From: Eledone cirrhosa
Taxonomy: Eukaryota
Reading direction: 5' to 3'
DNA: 64,000 nucleotides
Assembly: GCA_964016885.1 (NCBI GenBank)
Contig: OZ024742.1
Location: forward strand, 87,854,001-87,918,000
Shown here: positions 23,976 to 41,856 of the stretch, piece after piece
Position numbering within the stretch: the stretch's first letter is position 1
Layout: each line of letters opens with the position of its first letter
Translations under genes and position numbers: made by a program
The notes under the pieces: model-generated
What the model saw: only the letters and a program-made list of their open reading frames with translations
Database searches by the model: none
What the model was told of the DNA's origin: nothing

Positions 23976-26900
23976 ATATATAAACAACTATCTGGTTGTG
24001 GAACCAACCAACCAACCAGAAATTTATAAGTTTGTAGATTTGTAAATTTATAAATTTATAAATATATAATAAATTGAAGTGAAAGCAACTGGTGCGTGTG
24101 TTACTTATTGGCAACATGACCCTCCCAAAGTATAACCATATCGGTTTCAACACACGATTTCAGATAAAGAATCTTGCTAAACAAATTCAGAAACGAAATA
24201 TATATATATATATATATATATAAATGAAAGGTATAGAAATTGTTTTAGCGATAAGCTAACAGTATTCCATAACATATATGCGACTATTGCCTCAAAATGG
24301 GAAAAATAGTTAACGTAAGATGTAGGAAAAATAATTCAAACTCATCTCAAAAGAGAATCAGGATATAAATTCATCCACAGAATTTAGTGAAATCCAGGGA
24401 AAAATCAATAGAGCCTTAACTCATGATAAAATGAAGTCTAAAATACTTATCCTTCAATTTGGAAAAACATCAAACGCTTTGTATAGTCTTAAAGACTATT
24501 TATATATACATGTACTTGCGCAAATATTCTTTCTTGCAGATTTTGGGAGAATCGAAACCCAAATTATCGGCACAGTACTATGGAAGTTTACATATACTTA
24601 AATTATTTTCAGTTGAATCGTCACATGAATTACGTAGCTGTATGGTAAACGTCTTCACCATATCCACGGAAATTCAGGAATTCAGAATTTCAAATAAAGT
24701 TTGCTTTTATTTAGTGTAATGAATATGTTATGGATCGTTTTCAACTAAATATTAAAATAGTAACAAATAGTAATTTTCAATAGAATTAATCTTACAAATA
24801 TTGGAATTTGATGGACTTTCTTCTCTTTTTTTTCTGGCCACGAGGTTTGTGTAAAGCGACGTTTTGTTCATTTTCTATATGCAATCCGAGATGGCATTGT
24901 ATTTTACTTCATAATTGTATCTGATTCTCATATTTCATCTCATATTTATTTGTTATAATTTTCTTAATCATTGGTAAACTAACTTTATTCAGTTGTAAAT
25001 TATTCGTAGTGCTTTCATTATAGAGGTTTCTCATTAAATCTCTGAGCTTTCATTCCAAACTCTATATATCTTATTTGCTGCTATGCCAATTGATTGTCTT
25101 ATGAACTTTATATTATCCTATATTTACGTTTTGAATATATATTCCAGATTGTATAGGTGTGTAGAATCTCAAAAGCCTGAATATTGCCTGCATTAAGTTA
25201 TGATTACACACCAATAACAGGCACAATGCTAGACTTGAATGTCCATGTGATTAAGATATTTAACACAATTTCTAAATTGGTTCATGTAATTCTCTAGATG
25301 ATTTTAAATGTGTCTACATCTCAAATGGAAATACTATTTAACAAACATTTCTTTTCTCTTTCTACACCACAGCTTTCGACTTTCCCAATAAAATTGTGGT
25401 AAGGCTTTTCGAAGCGGTTGTTGTGTTTCTCTGTGAGTATATATGTGTGTGAGTACGTGAATGCGTGCATAGGGGCTGCTTTCTATTTATATTTGCAGTG
25501 TTTTATTTTCTCTAGAGATATTTCATATCCGCTGTTAATTCACTGTTATGCCATATAACCAAATATTTATTTATTCGATTATTTTGTGAAAGTGGGCGTT
25601 AATATGGTACTGTTCCATCGAGTCACAGTTTTTCACTAATATACTGTAGATTTCTATCCGAATTTACAAGAGAAAATATCTGGTCAATTTATTTCTTCTG
25701 ACATAATTGTTGATGATTTCAGTGAATTTCCTTCATCTATGAAAATGTAAAAAAAGAAAAAAACATTCGTATGCATCTTTATATGTACGAGTATTAATCT
25801 GCGCAATTTAGTTTTATGTTGACATTAGAGAGAACTTATACGTATTTTCCAATTCCCTCCATAAATCCATAGATATACGTTTTTATATTACTATTACTAT
25901 AAATCTATATTTGCAGCAACTAATTTTTATACAATTCCCTTTATACTGTTTACATGGATCATACGTGCTGTGATGTACCCATATGCTTAAGCGAATTGCA
26001 GTATGATTGAAATGCTTTTGTTGATAGTCATAATACTAAAATCAATATTTCTAATTTATCTTCCTCAAGGGAGATATTACTCAAGCTCTAGCAATTCTTA
26101 CTGCCGTCACTGAATGCTTTAAAATGTTTCTTCTTCATTCGCTTTCATCTCGTGCTTTTAGACACATATTCAACATAATTTTGCCTCCATTAAAATAGCA
26201 TATTTTATCTTATTTTACGTTATATAAATATTTACTCCTTTGTTTTATTGTGTTAATATTTACTATATTTTATTAATATATTTTGCAGCTGTATATTTTT
26301 TCATATATTTTTCAACAAAGTTTATTTTAATATGTCATGTCAACAAGAGGTTTTGTTGGTGTAATAGTAATGTAGCATGCCTTTTCAACAATTTTATCAT
26401 AAAATTCACACAGAATTTCTCCTACTTCATAAAGTATGTCGTTAATACGGATATATATGTCAGTATCTTTAATCTCATGTAGTCTATGTTGTTATTGTCG
26501 TCAGCATCCTTTCTAGTTCTCGGTGTAGATTAAATTATGGTGCTAAAAGACTCTAGTTTGGCTTGAAATCAAATGTCAAAACCATTCCTTTGTATTGCAA
26601 TCGTTTCCATATTAACGATTGTAATAACAGATTTAAAAGCAATATGAGTGTTGTTATTATATTTGTTTTTCTTTTAGTCGGTTTACTATTACGCCTTTTC
26701 ACAGAAATCATAAGTGCCCTGTGTATAAATGGCATTTCATGTTGGTTTTGAATGTTCTATTATGTTAACATTATTCTACGTAAAATATTTTCTTTACATT
26801 GTAGTGCTTTCTGCATGGTGTGAATATTTGTGTGGCAGGTTGTGTTTTGTTTATATATTTTTCTGCACCAGATTTAGTTATTCAAATTCATATAATACAT

Positions 26901-29280
26901 AACAACATGTTGTTGTTTCTTTTATATATCTACTGCCACTACTCACATTCTGGTTATATTAGATTTCATTTCTTTATATTTCTCAGTCTCGGTTTGGCAG
27001 TGCATCATTGATTAGGGATCACTTTATTCCCAGCTGTCATTTCAAATCTCAACCGGAAGATTAGTCTGCTACACCACCCTATCTAAATCCCTCTCTCATT
27101 TGTAATACGCTGACACTTATCCTTATGCATATTTTTCCATCACATTTCTGTTGATATTCCAACATTAATTCATGATGTTGGAATAACTTTCAGAGGGTGA
27201 AGGCCCTATGATATGCAGAATATTTGATCATGAGCCGCAGCTAATAATGTGCTTCACACATAGTGTTTCATTCTTTTACCATAACTTTGAAATGACAGTA
27301 TATAACTTCATGTATATAGTCGTTATATTTCTTTCTTTCATAAATGATGTTATTGTTTCCACGTCCCCTGAGTTTATTTAATTTGAATAGACATAGCCTT
27401 CCTATACTCAGGTATATCATATTATTTGTTGTTATTTTGGAGGCATTTTATTTTATTGTAGATTTTCTTTCACGTTATAAGTTAAATGCCTATGATGGAT
27501 ATTTTATGAAAGAGTCATTGTTATATAATACCTACTTGATATTATTCATTGTAAATATAATGATTTGAATGCTTGATTTACTTATACGTGGACGGAAAAT
27601 CCTTTGTGTTCCTTCTGAATCTCAGAAAAAGCAGTACATACAGATTAATTATATATAAGCCTTGATTGGGGAAAAGGGGCAATGTATATGTTGACATTTA
27701 GAAGATATCCTATTACCGCTCAGCCTTTTCACATAAGTGGATTTTTGGGCTTGCAATTTAATCGCACAATGTAAACGTACCGGGTAAGATCATAACCGAA
27801 TGGATTGTAGCAACCAGAAGTGAAGCAAAGTTATAGGTAGTAAATGGACTCGTAGATATTTGTAGTTTACGTTAGGTCAGTGGATAAAAGTATATGCTAT
27901 GAATGATAATAATTCCTTGACTGAACAGATCATATGTTTGTGATGTATATATCTTATTTATATAGAGTGCCAAGAACAGTATGGTTTACTGGAAACTAAC
28001 GTGATTTCTCGACAGGGAAAGAGCACAGGGATAGATTTAGCGACTTATAGTGGCATATGAATGTGATGACAACATCTAGTATTAAAGCATTAAAAATATT
28101 GGTAGTATAAGAAATTTAATAATGGAGACAAAAGTAATATGAGAGTAGATGCCAAGAAAATGAAAAGATGTCATTAAGGGATATTGAACTACCTAAGGCA
28201 AGAATGGTCCCGGTTGATTGCTTCAATGCGGAACGTGAATTATCCGTTGCCATATGTAAAAGATGAAAAATCGAACCTTATTTTAAATGCTCACGAGGAA
28301 GATGCAAGAAATTAAATCAAAATTATAATTAAGTCTTTGCAGTAGAAATGTAACCAACATTTCGGGACGTAAAGCTAGTCGAAGACAACGTTGAATGTTA
28401 TTGTCTAATTTCACAATTTGCAGAGACTCTTGTTACATGGTACTCGGGAAAAATATAAATAGTTTTAAATTTTAAGATTTGATAAATTAAGAAGATTTCA
28501 TGTGCAAAATGGTACTGGATGTCTCACATAATATTTTCATGCCTCCAATTAAGAGAAGCTGTTGTCTATATGATTTGCTACATGATAATTTGGAACGAGA
28601 AAGCTATAAGTAAATTTAATAACATAGCTTTACGTAATGGGTCATTAAAAACCTTTAGTTAAATTGAAAAGACTTGCACATTTTCTCAGTCTAAAATATC
28701 ATCTTAAGCTTTACTCGTTTTTTTACTGAATGTGTTTCTCTCCGTCTTGTTCGACAGGTTTAAAAAATAATTGGAACATAGATTTCGCAGCTGTGTTATT
28801 TTGATGAGTTATATCATCAACATTATTGAACCAAATCTCATTAATATGATGAGAGCACGTTTCTTAATGATATATCCGTATATACAATCATTCCGGTATG
28901 AACAAATTTTAAGTAGTCTGCATATGCACAGAATATAATATATCTTGTCGTCATATAGTATGGTTACCTTAAAATAAATTATATATCACACACTAAATAA
29001 AAAAATGCGTTTATTCAATGGACAGCGTTTAGAATAATTTAATTTTAAAGAATAATACATAAATCTAACAAAAGCAAGTCTTATTTCTTAGTTTTTCATT
29101 TCTGTAACAAGTAGATTTGCTGTTACAAACATCACATCTTTTCTTTATAAGATTTAGAAGTATTGTTTGGATGCAGATGTCCAAGTATCGTCGTAACAAA
29201 TAAGTAGACACAAACACACACGCACACACACACATACACACACACACACACACTCACACGCACACACACATATATATATA

Positions 29281-30520
29281 TAGGAGAAATTATGACCCCG
29301 ACGGCAGAGCTCAAGCCATTTAGACGGCTATTTATGGACTAAAGTAAGAGTTTGTTTAGTCTGGTAAATAAATAGCCGAACTTTTCAAGGGGTACTTCTT
29401 TATATGGGAAGATTTTAGTTGTCAAGAGGATTGGTCAAAATTTGTAGCAGACATAGAAACGTCTATCATGGCAGTGGGTGCGGGGTGGGGATAGCTTAAC
29501 TTGCCTGTAGAACGATAGGGGAGTGGGTAGAGCCGGTCAAGCGTAGAAGGTGAAATCTACACGGCAAATTCTAAGAAATGTGTATGAAAGTAGGCCAGAG
29601 GAGGTTGGCGAAAAAGGTTTTCTATAGAAAGTGGAGGAGGGACGTTATAGAAATAGTAGATCAAATGCGATTAGGGGACAATGAAAAAATATAATTAAAA
29701 ATAATATAATATAAAAAGAGAAAAAGATGTATCAGAATGTAAGATTGTAAAGTGAGAAGTGAAATAAAACAAAAACTAAGGTGTCTAACACAGCTGCTAT
29801 ATTTAGTTGGTGCTTCTATTTCGGCTAAAGCTATAGAATGAGTTGCTAGATGAGAAAATTGAAAATTTAGAATTAAAAATTAATACCACATCTCTGGTGT
29901 CTAACACAGCTGCTAAGAATAGGGTTAACCGCTTGTAACTTTTATGACCCGGCTCTACCAATAGCGACATAGGTTCCGAAACCTGGTCCCGCGACATGCC
30001 ACCACACTTTCGGGCCATATCTGGGACCTCCCAGATAATAATATAACTTACCATCTTACTTGGAGCTTACTGTCTAGAGCTAACTCTTACACGAGAGGAC
30101 GCCGTCCGTGTAACCTCTTTTCGGAGGAAACATTCCAAATACTATTTACGAAGGAGCAACTCCTAAACAAAAAAGACGAAATGGTAACTGCCTGCAAACA
30201 GAGATTGTGGAAGACTTACCTTGCCCTCAAACCTCTAACAATCCGGGTGGGTAGACTATTACCGAAACACCCCACTTATATAGGTAGGTGCAACTCTTTT
30301 CTTTTCCTCTATGTTTTCCTCTTCCCTTTGTCTCCTATCACTTCTTTCCAGCACCGAACTTCTCCTCGTTCATTTCTTTATTGTTTTCCCTTTCGACTAC
30401 CGCGAGGCAGCCCATCGGGTCTCTTTAGCCTCAGTATCCCCACCCAAGTAACTTACAGACAGCATTCGCCGATTACGCTTTACTAACTAATCTTAGCAGC
30501 TGTGTTAGACCCCAGAAAAA
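29281..30520 (+). mobile_element. Short Hydra-clade-like PLE: inverted 3' UTR (29281-29918, minus) plus GIY-YIG fragment and UTR (29919-30520, plus)
   Basis: IGLTACNF/MTRLYQ*RHRF..HATTLSGHIWDL..LTWSLLSRANSY..CNL.SEE..LLNKKDE..CK; tcttagcagctgtgttagac present in both orientations. Confidence 0.82.
29295..29393 (-). ncRNA. Hammerhead-like motif with U3:A8 core (this copy has GAAA>TAAA)
   Basis: acccc TTGAAAA g..cggctattta...taaatagccg.c TAAA tggc-ttgagctct-gccg TC ggggt; sibling half-copies retain GAAA cggc. Confidence 0.6.
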
Positions 30521-30524
30521 AAAA

Positions 30525-31844
30525 TGATTATTTATATATTATTAAGAAAAATATACCTGATCTATTTAAGCATATTAACTTAACAATTGAATTCTAGAAT
30601 AATGATAAATTAGCAACTTTCCTTCATATATCCCTTAATCTAGATACCGGCCTATATTACCCATAACATAAGAATAATGAGAACTTTAATTACGGTAACT
30701 TTAAATCTAACCACCCTAATAATGTTAAAACTGCTGAAGTCAGAAGTGTGGAAAAAAGTATTTCTAATTTATCCTCTAACAAAGATATCTTCGAAGCTAA
30801 TGACAACTAGTATAATAATGCGCTATCTAGGGCTGGATATTTATACAAAATTAGGTATACTAAGGAAACTAATCTTGGCAGACCCTATAGTAACTCTAGT
30901 AATGTAGCTAGTAATAATCATACCACTAACAAAAGGAGGATACCTAGATATAAAAATATCATTTGGTACAATGCTCCCATCTCTCTTTCCGTTATTAATA
31001 ATATCCCTAAATTATTTTGGGGCTTTATATAATAGCTTCCCTCCTTCACATATATATAGCAAGATATTCAATAAGCATACTATTAAATTCTCATATTCCA
31101 CTACCTCGAACATTTCTAATATTATCTCAAACATAATTCTAAAATATTAAAGAATAACTCATATACATCCAATCATGAGAGTCATAATAATAACACTATA
31201 AGGCCCGACGTCAATGTAAACTATAGGCAAAATAATACAAGTATAAATACGACATCAAACCTAACTTTGAGGAATATATCAAATAGTAATGTAAATCTTG
31301 AAACTTTAACACCTCCTTTTGTTAATTCCACCAATCCAGTTCCTATTATAACTAACCCTGCGCCACTTGCCAATAACACAGTAATTAATCTCAATCGTTA
31401 ATGCAACTGCCTTATTAGAACAAACTGTCCTCTTAGTAATTTCTGTCTGTATAAAAACCTTGTATACGAATGTAAAGTGGTAACTAGTACCATTACCTGT
31501 ACGTACATTGGCTCTACTTCTACCTGTTTTAAAGCAAGATTCTATAATCATTCTTCTACAGGACCAGCACCGCACTCTCAGAGCTTATTCGGTTCTTAAA
31601 AGACAAAAACATTAATTACGAAATTTATTGGCGTAAAATCTACAACGCATCTCCATACTCCAATGCTTCCATATCTAATGCTTTCATATGCATGTCTAGT
31701 TGGTTGGGAAATTTACCATTATCTCGAATTTCAACTCTATAATAAATAGAAGAACAGGTTTATTTACTCTTTGCAATCATAAAACCTTCAAATCTTTCAC
31801 GAATAACCTTAATGTTTTACACATATTTCTTTTACATATATATT

Positions 31845-31906
<62 letters not shown>

Positions 31907-32763
31907 CACATATTTCATTATATTCCGGCCTTTGACCTTTTTTCAATATCCTTAAATTTTCGCCAAAACCTTCGGGGATTTTGTAAACGAACTATGACGT
32001 CATATGTTTTTTCTACGTTTATAAACCTTTCTAGCAATTTCCTTTATTTACTTATTGATGTTAAATAATAATTAAATAGTATACCCCACATGTATAGATT
32101 TTTTATAGAAATTTTAATTTTGACATAGAATGACTATTTTTATTTTTTTTATTATATTTTATATAAAATGTTTTAATACTTGTTTTAATTTAACTAAAAT
32201 TTATTTTATTAATACATTTTTACACTTCTTAATCCAAGTTTTAGTATTTATACCCAATATAAAATTATATAACCAGTTTCTATATTTTAGACCTCTAATA
32301 TTTGAATACCATCTATAGTATTCGCACATACACCTCATCAATTTACTGTTTAGCCGATATTTAAAGCTGTTTTCATTTTGACAGCGTTCCTGATCAAACG
32401 TTTCTCTCTCTCTCTTTCTCTCTCTTCCTTCTTTCTTTCTCCTTTTTTACTCTCTTAACTTTCTTTTGCCCTTTTTTTCTATGTTCCTCTATTTTTCTTA
32501 CTCTTATATTTTGTTGTCATATGTAGGCTTTGCTCTTTCCTGTAAGTGTTTTTAGGCCTCATATCATGTTACCTTATTTTATCTGATGAGAACACAATTT
32601 TCGTCCCTGGAAGATGTTGTTTTCGAAATTCGCATAATAAAATATATGGAACTTCTTTAACCATCTTTTATTTCTTCTTTAATATATACTCCAGTTCTAC
32701 CAACTGTTGAGTGGTACTTATCTGATATATGAATAGTGTTATTGTTCTACAATATTACTCACC

Positions 32764-32767
<4 letters not shown>
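30525..32767 (+). mobile_element. Decayed Hydra-clade-like PLE 3' two-thirds with hammerhead and complete tail
   Basis: SLNLDTGLYYP, SNHP, WYNAP, CNCLIRTNCPL, YIG remnants; closely related to 49637-52880. Confidence 0.88.
32575..32644 (+). ncRNA. Type I hammerhead ribozyme
   Basis: tattttat CTGATGA gaacacaat..gttgttttc GAAA ttcgca TA ataaaata. Confidence 0.8.
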
Positions 32768-32806
<39 letters not shown>

Positions 32807-33373
32807 TATATATATATGGTGAGCGTTGACTTAGATTTGATCCATACATATCACTGCTCTAAATATATTTGATTACTCAAAACAACGACTTCCGTTTCTA
32901 ATATACTTTTAGGGAATATAACTGTGGTAATTTCTTCTTTTACTTTAAGAAATTTCCATTAAATCAAACATAAAATTAAATGTTCATAATGAACTCCAAT
33001 TTTGTGACGTCAATATCAAATTAAATAGAATCTGAAATAAGTCATCTATTTAGGAAATATACGAAAAACATTAGTGGTTACTAAAGTTATCAAACGTATA
33101 TCAATGTTGCTCTCCCTCTAATGATTTGACTTCCCTTATAGTATTTATTTTACACGTTATTCTTCAGATGCTTCTTTTCTTACTAGTTGTATTACGTTAT
33201 TTGTGTCATACCAGATGACTAGCTGTTAATTTAAGAAGACATGAGAGCAGCAACACATTACACTTGTTCTACTATATTCGGATCATGTATTTAAAGAGAA
33301 GTATATTACCAAATAGGGTGCTATTAGAAACCTACCGTCAAGTTAATTTTCAGATGAGTAAGAAGCAAATGTA

Positions 33374-33413
<40 letters not shown>

Positions 33414-33457
33414 GGGGGGGGCGTGTGTCTGTCTGTCTTTCCGTATATATATATATA

Positions 33458-33757
33458 TATTGTTATACTTGGGGAGGGTCATATTGTTGTCATAATATTG
33501 CCAGAATTAATAACAGAAAACACTCACTGTTTGGATGGTTTTCGCGTCTGTATCTTTTAAATCAGTTAATTCATTCGATCCTCAATGTTTACCATTGACT
33601 GACCAACATATGTATAGTCTAACATATAGACTATATATATTATATCTGTATATTTGATCGTTGGTCAGTCAATGGTAAACATTGAGAACCGATTGAATTA
33701 ACTGATATAAAAGATACCGAAGCGAAAACCAACCAAACAGTGTGTGTGTTCTGTTAG
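33458..33757. mobile_element. Fold-back of a PLE terminal sequence (same family as 62669-63607)
   Basis: Arms at about 33511-33607 and 33660-33757; begins ttgttatacttggggagggtca. Confidence 0.8.
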
Positions 33758-33957
33758 AAAGTGAACAAGACAATATATAACTATTCCATTACCAAAGGTT
33801 TCTGGATCCTAAACAATATTAATATACGTATGGATCGTTCATCAGACGGGGATGTTATGAATGGAAAATATATATTGTTTTGTTCACTGTCTAATTAAAT
33901 AGCTCTGTTCAATACATAGAGCACTCTGTTTTCCTTTGCTTTTTCTTCGGAATTACC

Positions 33958-33960
<3 letters not shown>
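33758..33960. mobile_element. Inverted pseudo-LTR pair with hammerhead on minus strand (33786-33849)
   Basis: Reverse complement ccgt CTGATGA ac.gatcc..ggatc.ca GAAA cctttgg TA atgg; plus copy starts at atgg (33861) and ends in (CA)n. Confidence 0.72.
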
Positions 33961-34019
<59 letters not shown>

Positions 34020-34963
34020 ATATGTATATATGGTGGCTTTTGTAATCTAAGTGTGTCTTTGGATTAGAGATTAATGGTTGTCTGAGCGTTTGATTCAAAT
34101 ACTAGATAATTTATTTGAATTTTCTTGAATTAGCTTAATTTACTAACTAAGCTATTCTAATTATGGGAATTGGTACTTTTGCTGGTAATAAGAAAACGCG
34201 GTTTAACCAATGATGTATGTAAAATCATGTTTTTTGTTCAATGCTTAAAATATTAATTTTCAATAAGCTATATAATATTATACTTAAATATAATTTGTAT
34301 GAATGAAGCTCTTTAAATATGTTTTATTACCCATATGGTAATTGAGCTATTTATGATGTAATATAATTGAAATAATTTTATTTTGATCTATAATGAGAGA
34401 GAGTGGAATGTTGAAAGTGAGAGAGAGCGACATGAATAGACTTGAATATGCACATATATTCTTATACATAACTGATAGATCAAAGTGTGTATGTCCAGAT
34501 CATGACTAAATGATATATGGACAAACTTTTGATCAATATGCTCAACAGCAACAAACATATATTTACTAGTCTTTTGTGAAAAAATTGAAAGACTCCACAA
34601 AATAATAGACTGCCATAACACAAATTTTAATTGTATTTGCTATTAGTAGCATATTGGTGCTACATGTGTAAAAGGAATTGATGTATATTTTATCAAATCA
34701 ACACTTCCTTGAGCGATTTAGAACCTGAAGTTCTAACTCGAGGTCTACGAACTCATTAGCGCTCAAGACATTATTTCTAAATGTCCAAAACAAAACGTTT
34801 GAAAGCAAACATGATAAAAATGATCTGTGATAGTATGTTTGTTATTTTTCTTATCTACTAGTTACTGTACTTTTCATGAATCAATTACAGCAAGAAGTTG
34901 GTAATAACGGAAAACATTAGCCACGTCATTCTGAGATGAAATTGTTACTCAGGATATATGTAA

Positions 34964-35017
<54 letters not shown>

Positions 35018-35074
35018 TTCCTTTTTCTCTCTCTCACCATCCCTCTCTCTTCGCTTCTCTTCCTCTGTGTGTGT

Positions 35075-35122
<48 letters not shown>

Positions 35123-35170
35123 ATATATCTATATGTATATGTACATATATATATATATACATATATATGC

Positions 35171-35201
<31 letters not shown>

Positions 35202-36764
35202 CTTATGTATACATATATATATGCATGCATCTATATGTGTGTGTTTGTGTGCACGTCTGTGGATGTCAGTATGTGGATGCAGTCGTGTGGTTGTGCGAGT
35301 GTGTGTCTTCATACCTAAGTATATATTTAGCAACCTTTGATTCGTTTTGTTTTACTTTGGGTTTTTTTTTGGTTTTTTTATTTACTTTTACTGAAACCAA
35401 AGTTGCTGTTTTAGCTGGATATATACAGCAACAAAGAAAGTGTTTCCAGAAAATTGCCTGCTCAACACAAGTCTCAGATTAGCGATACATTTTCTGCCAC
35501 TATAAATCACTGCATATCTCTACATAACCCTCAGAACTCTATAACATTATTCGTTTTGTTTTTATTAGTTAACTTTATTTTATTATTTCATTAGTTTACT
35601 CGAGCCTATTTGTAAGCAAATTTCTCAGGCGCGTGAAGTGCCCGTTATCATCCACAAACTCAATAACAGTATCACTTATATCAATTTAATATTATTTTTC
35701 TAATTATTGATCAAATCCATTACTTCACAATATTTCAATAGGAGTCTAATTATTTTACTGCACTGATGTAGCAGAATTAAATAGGTGTCCCGGCAAAGTG
35801 TCGAATGTTATATATATTCTCCGGTTTATCACATTCTAATTCACCTGCAGTTGACATGAACTTCTACATAGGGAAGACATAGTCATTTTTATACTCTTGT
35901 GTTTGCCCTATCCTATACCATTATGAAGTATGTTATCCAAACAATGTAATACATACATATGAATTATAACGGACAAGGTGCTGTGTGGTTACTAATAAAT
36001 ATTGGTTAGAAACAACAGAAATACAAACATAAGACAATTTCTATCTTCAGATGTATGCTGTGTCGCTGATGTTTTAATGCATGAACAACAATACATCACT
36101 CGACAATACTTTAATAACTACAGATAGTTATTACGGAATTAAACAACAAAAGAAAAACTGAGAAAATTGTAAAACGAACGACTGCGAATGAAAATAAACA
36201 GAAGAAAAAAGCATAAATACATACCAATAGAGGGGGAAACACGAGACAGTAGTACATGTAAGTAGCAGTAACCAATGTCAGAGACGAAGAAGTTAAAAGA
36301 AAGAACGCTGTAATATATATATATATATAGAAAGTATGAATTCCTTTTAAAATTTATTTTTAAACTTTTTCTCTATTTGCTAGACCTTGATTTTATGTGT
36401 TCTGGCTTGTTAATTTATTAACCCGCCATAGAACCACATTGGCATACGGTTGGATAATACTTGTTTCCCTATATGTATTTTTTACACGTAGGAATACATA
36501 CCTTATTATTATAGATCTCCCCTAAGGTAGAGATAACATTTTGGCCGTTTGGACTGCTACTATTTCTAGTGGCAAGACATTGACCTGTCCACCCTGCCTT
36601 TTGTCTTTGCACACGGCACCAGGCAGCATTATTTATTTCATTCATCATTTGCTCTCATTTTGGGAATGGTTTTGTATGGTGTCAGTTTGTGATTTGAACT
36701 CGGGAATTTTATATTCTCCGGGGGAAACGAGCCTTCTGAAGATTGGTCCCTTTTTGTATTAAAA

Positions 36765-37003
36765 ACAAGATGGCGTAGGACAGAACAAAGGAGAGCCACA
36801 CAAACATAGGAAAGAATCCCCAGCCACTGAAGAGGTCACAGCATGTGTAAAGAAATAACTTTGACAATATATGAACAATCGTCTGGTTGTGGAACCAACC
36901 AACCAACCGGAAATTTATAAATTTAATTTATAATAATTTGAAGTTAAAGCAATGGTGCGTGTGATTCTTATTGGCAACATGAGCCTCCCAAAGCATATCA
37001 ATA
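36765..37003 (+). mobile_element. Diverged solo pseudo-LTR of the 21191-24200 family with degenerate hammerhead (36822-36866)
   Basis: atggcgtaggacagaa...ccccag.cactgaagaggtcaca...tggttgtggaaccaacc...ttattggcaacatga.cctcccaaag. Confidence 0.85.
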
Positions 37004-37004
37004 T

Positions 37005-37155
<151 letters not shown>

Positions 37156-37571
37156 TAAAAATTGTTAATCAAACGGATTTCTATTTTTTTTCTAACCCGC
37201 TTTATCAATAGTATACATTTGTAGTTGCACCCATACACAATTCTAAACTTACTTGCTTACACACGCATACATATACATTCAAAATTCTAAACACATACAT
37301 CCGAATGTGTGTTGACCGCATACTGAGGTATATCGTCATATTGTTCTAAATAAATTAATGTTAAATAAATTCAATATCATGTCAACGCACATTTAAGTTT
37401 GTAAAACTATACACGTCCTATCTGCCAGAATCAGTACAGAATTGCATAGGGTTCATCATAAGGTTAGTAGAATTATAAAAACAATTAAATATGTCGGCAG
37501 TATTGATTGTTGTGTATGTAGATAAGGGGAATTTATTTCATAATCATTCTTAAGCGATGTATTTATCTACA

Positions 37572-37604
<33 letters not shown>

Positions 37605-37607
<3 letters not shown>

Positions 37608-37810
37608 AAAACGTATAACCCCGACGGCAGAGCTCAAGCCGTTTCGACGGCTATTTCTGGACTTAATGTACTCCAGAAATAGCCGTCGAAACGCCTCGAG
37701 CTCTGCCGTCGGGGTCATATTTTTTTCCTATTAACAACTCTACGACTCTAAGTATTGAGTACTCATGCGTTATGGTCCATCTGGTTCCTTACCACAATTC
37801 CTTCCTTATA
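37605..37810 (+). mobile_element. Mini fold-back derived from the 29281 PLE terminus, plus tail
   Basis: Palindrome 37618-37715; tail gagtact...ttatggtccatctggttccttaccaca; (TA)n on both sides. Confidence 0.82.
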
Positions 37811-37918
37811 TATATATATATATATAAATACATATATAAATATGCGGGTGCGCTTATGTGTGTGTGTGTATGCGTGTGTGCGACTATGTAGTATATATAT
37901 ATATATATATATAAAAAA

Positions 37919-38110
37919 GGAACGATCGACTTTTGTCAAATCGGACCAAGGGAAGAATGTTTCTGTTGGTCTTTCCAATTGCTAATAGTATATATCGGGC
38001 GCAACTCCAGGTAGAAGGAGCAACGTGAAATAAAGTGTCATGCTCGAGGAATCGAATTCACAACCTTACGATTGCGAATCCAATTCTGTAACCACTCAGC
38101 CACACGCCTT
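37919..38110 (-). mobile_element. tRNA-derived SINE, second family
   Basis: Minus: tggctgagtgg A box, gaattcgattcc B box, gacactttatttcacgttgctcc core; fuller copy at 61528-61745. Confidence 0.88.
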
Positions 38111-38139
38111 CGTATCGGAATACGTAATCATGTGAAAGT

Positions 38140-41656
<3,517 letters not shown>

Positions 41657-41856
41657 NNNNNNNNNNNNNNNNNNNNNNNNNNNNNNNNNNNNNNNNNNNN
41701 NNNNNNNNNNNNNNNNNNNNNNNNNNNNNNNNNNNNNNNNNNNNNNNNNNNNNNNNNNNNNNNNNNNNNNNNNNNNNNNNNNNNNNNNNNNNNNNNNNNN
41801 NNNNNNNNNNNNNNNNNNNNNNNNNNNNNNNNNNNNNNNNNNNNNNNNNNNNNNNN
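41657..41856. other. Assembly gap (200 N)
   Basis: Run of N. Confidence 0.99.

Larger units (their letters stand above)
21191..24200 (+). mobile_element. Nematis/Neptune-like PLE: 5'-truncated body (about 22220-24200) preceded by a 1-kb inverted copy of its 3' end (21191-22219)
   Basis: GAAIGVSIAGDIANLFMVWWD, RYVDD, PVLD; Cys linker plus NVVY..C...C..YIGETARS..ER..EH; classic inverted pseudo-LTR; (TA)n on both sides; clade call tentative. Confidence 0.9.

Noticed and set aside
24250-29200. Host gene exons in the repeat-poor AT-rich stretch, such as a protein-like run near 26330-26550 on minus
   Set aside because: Short, stop-interrupted, no recognisable domain or consistent splice chain
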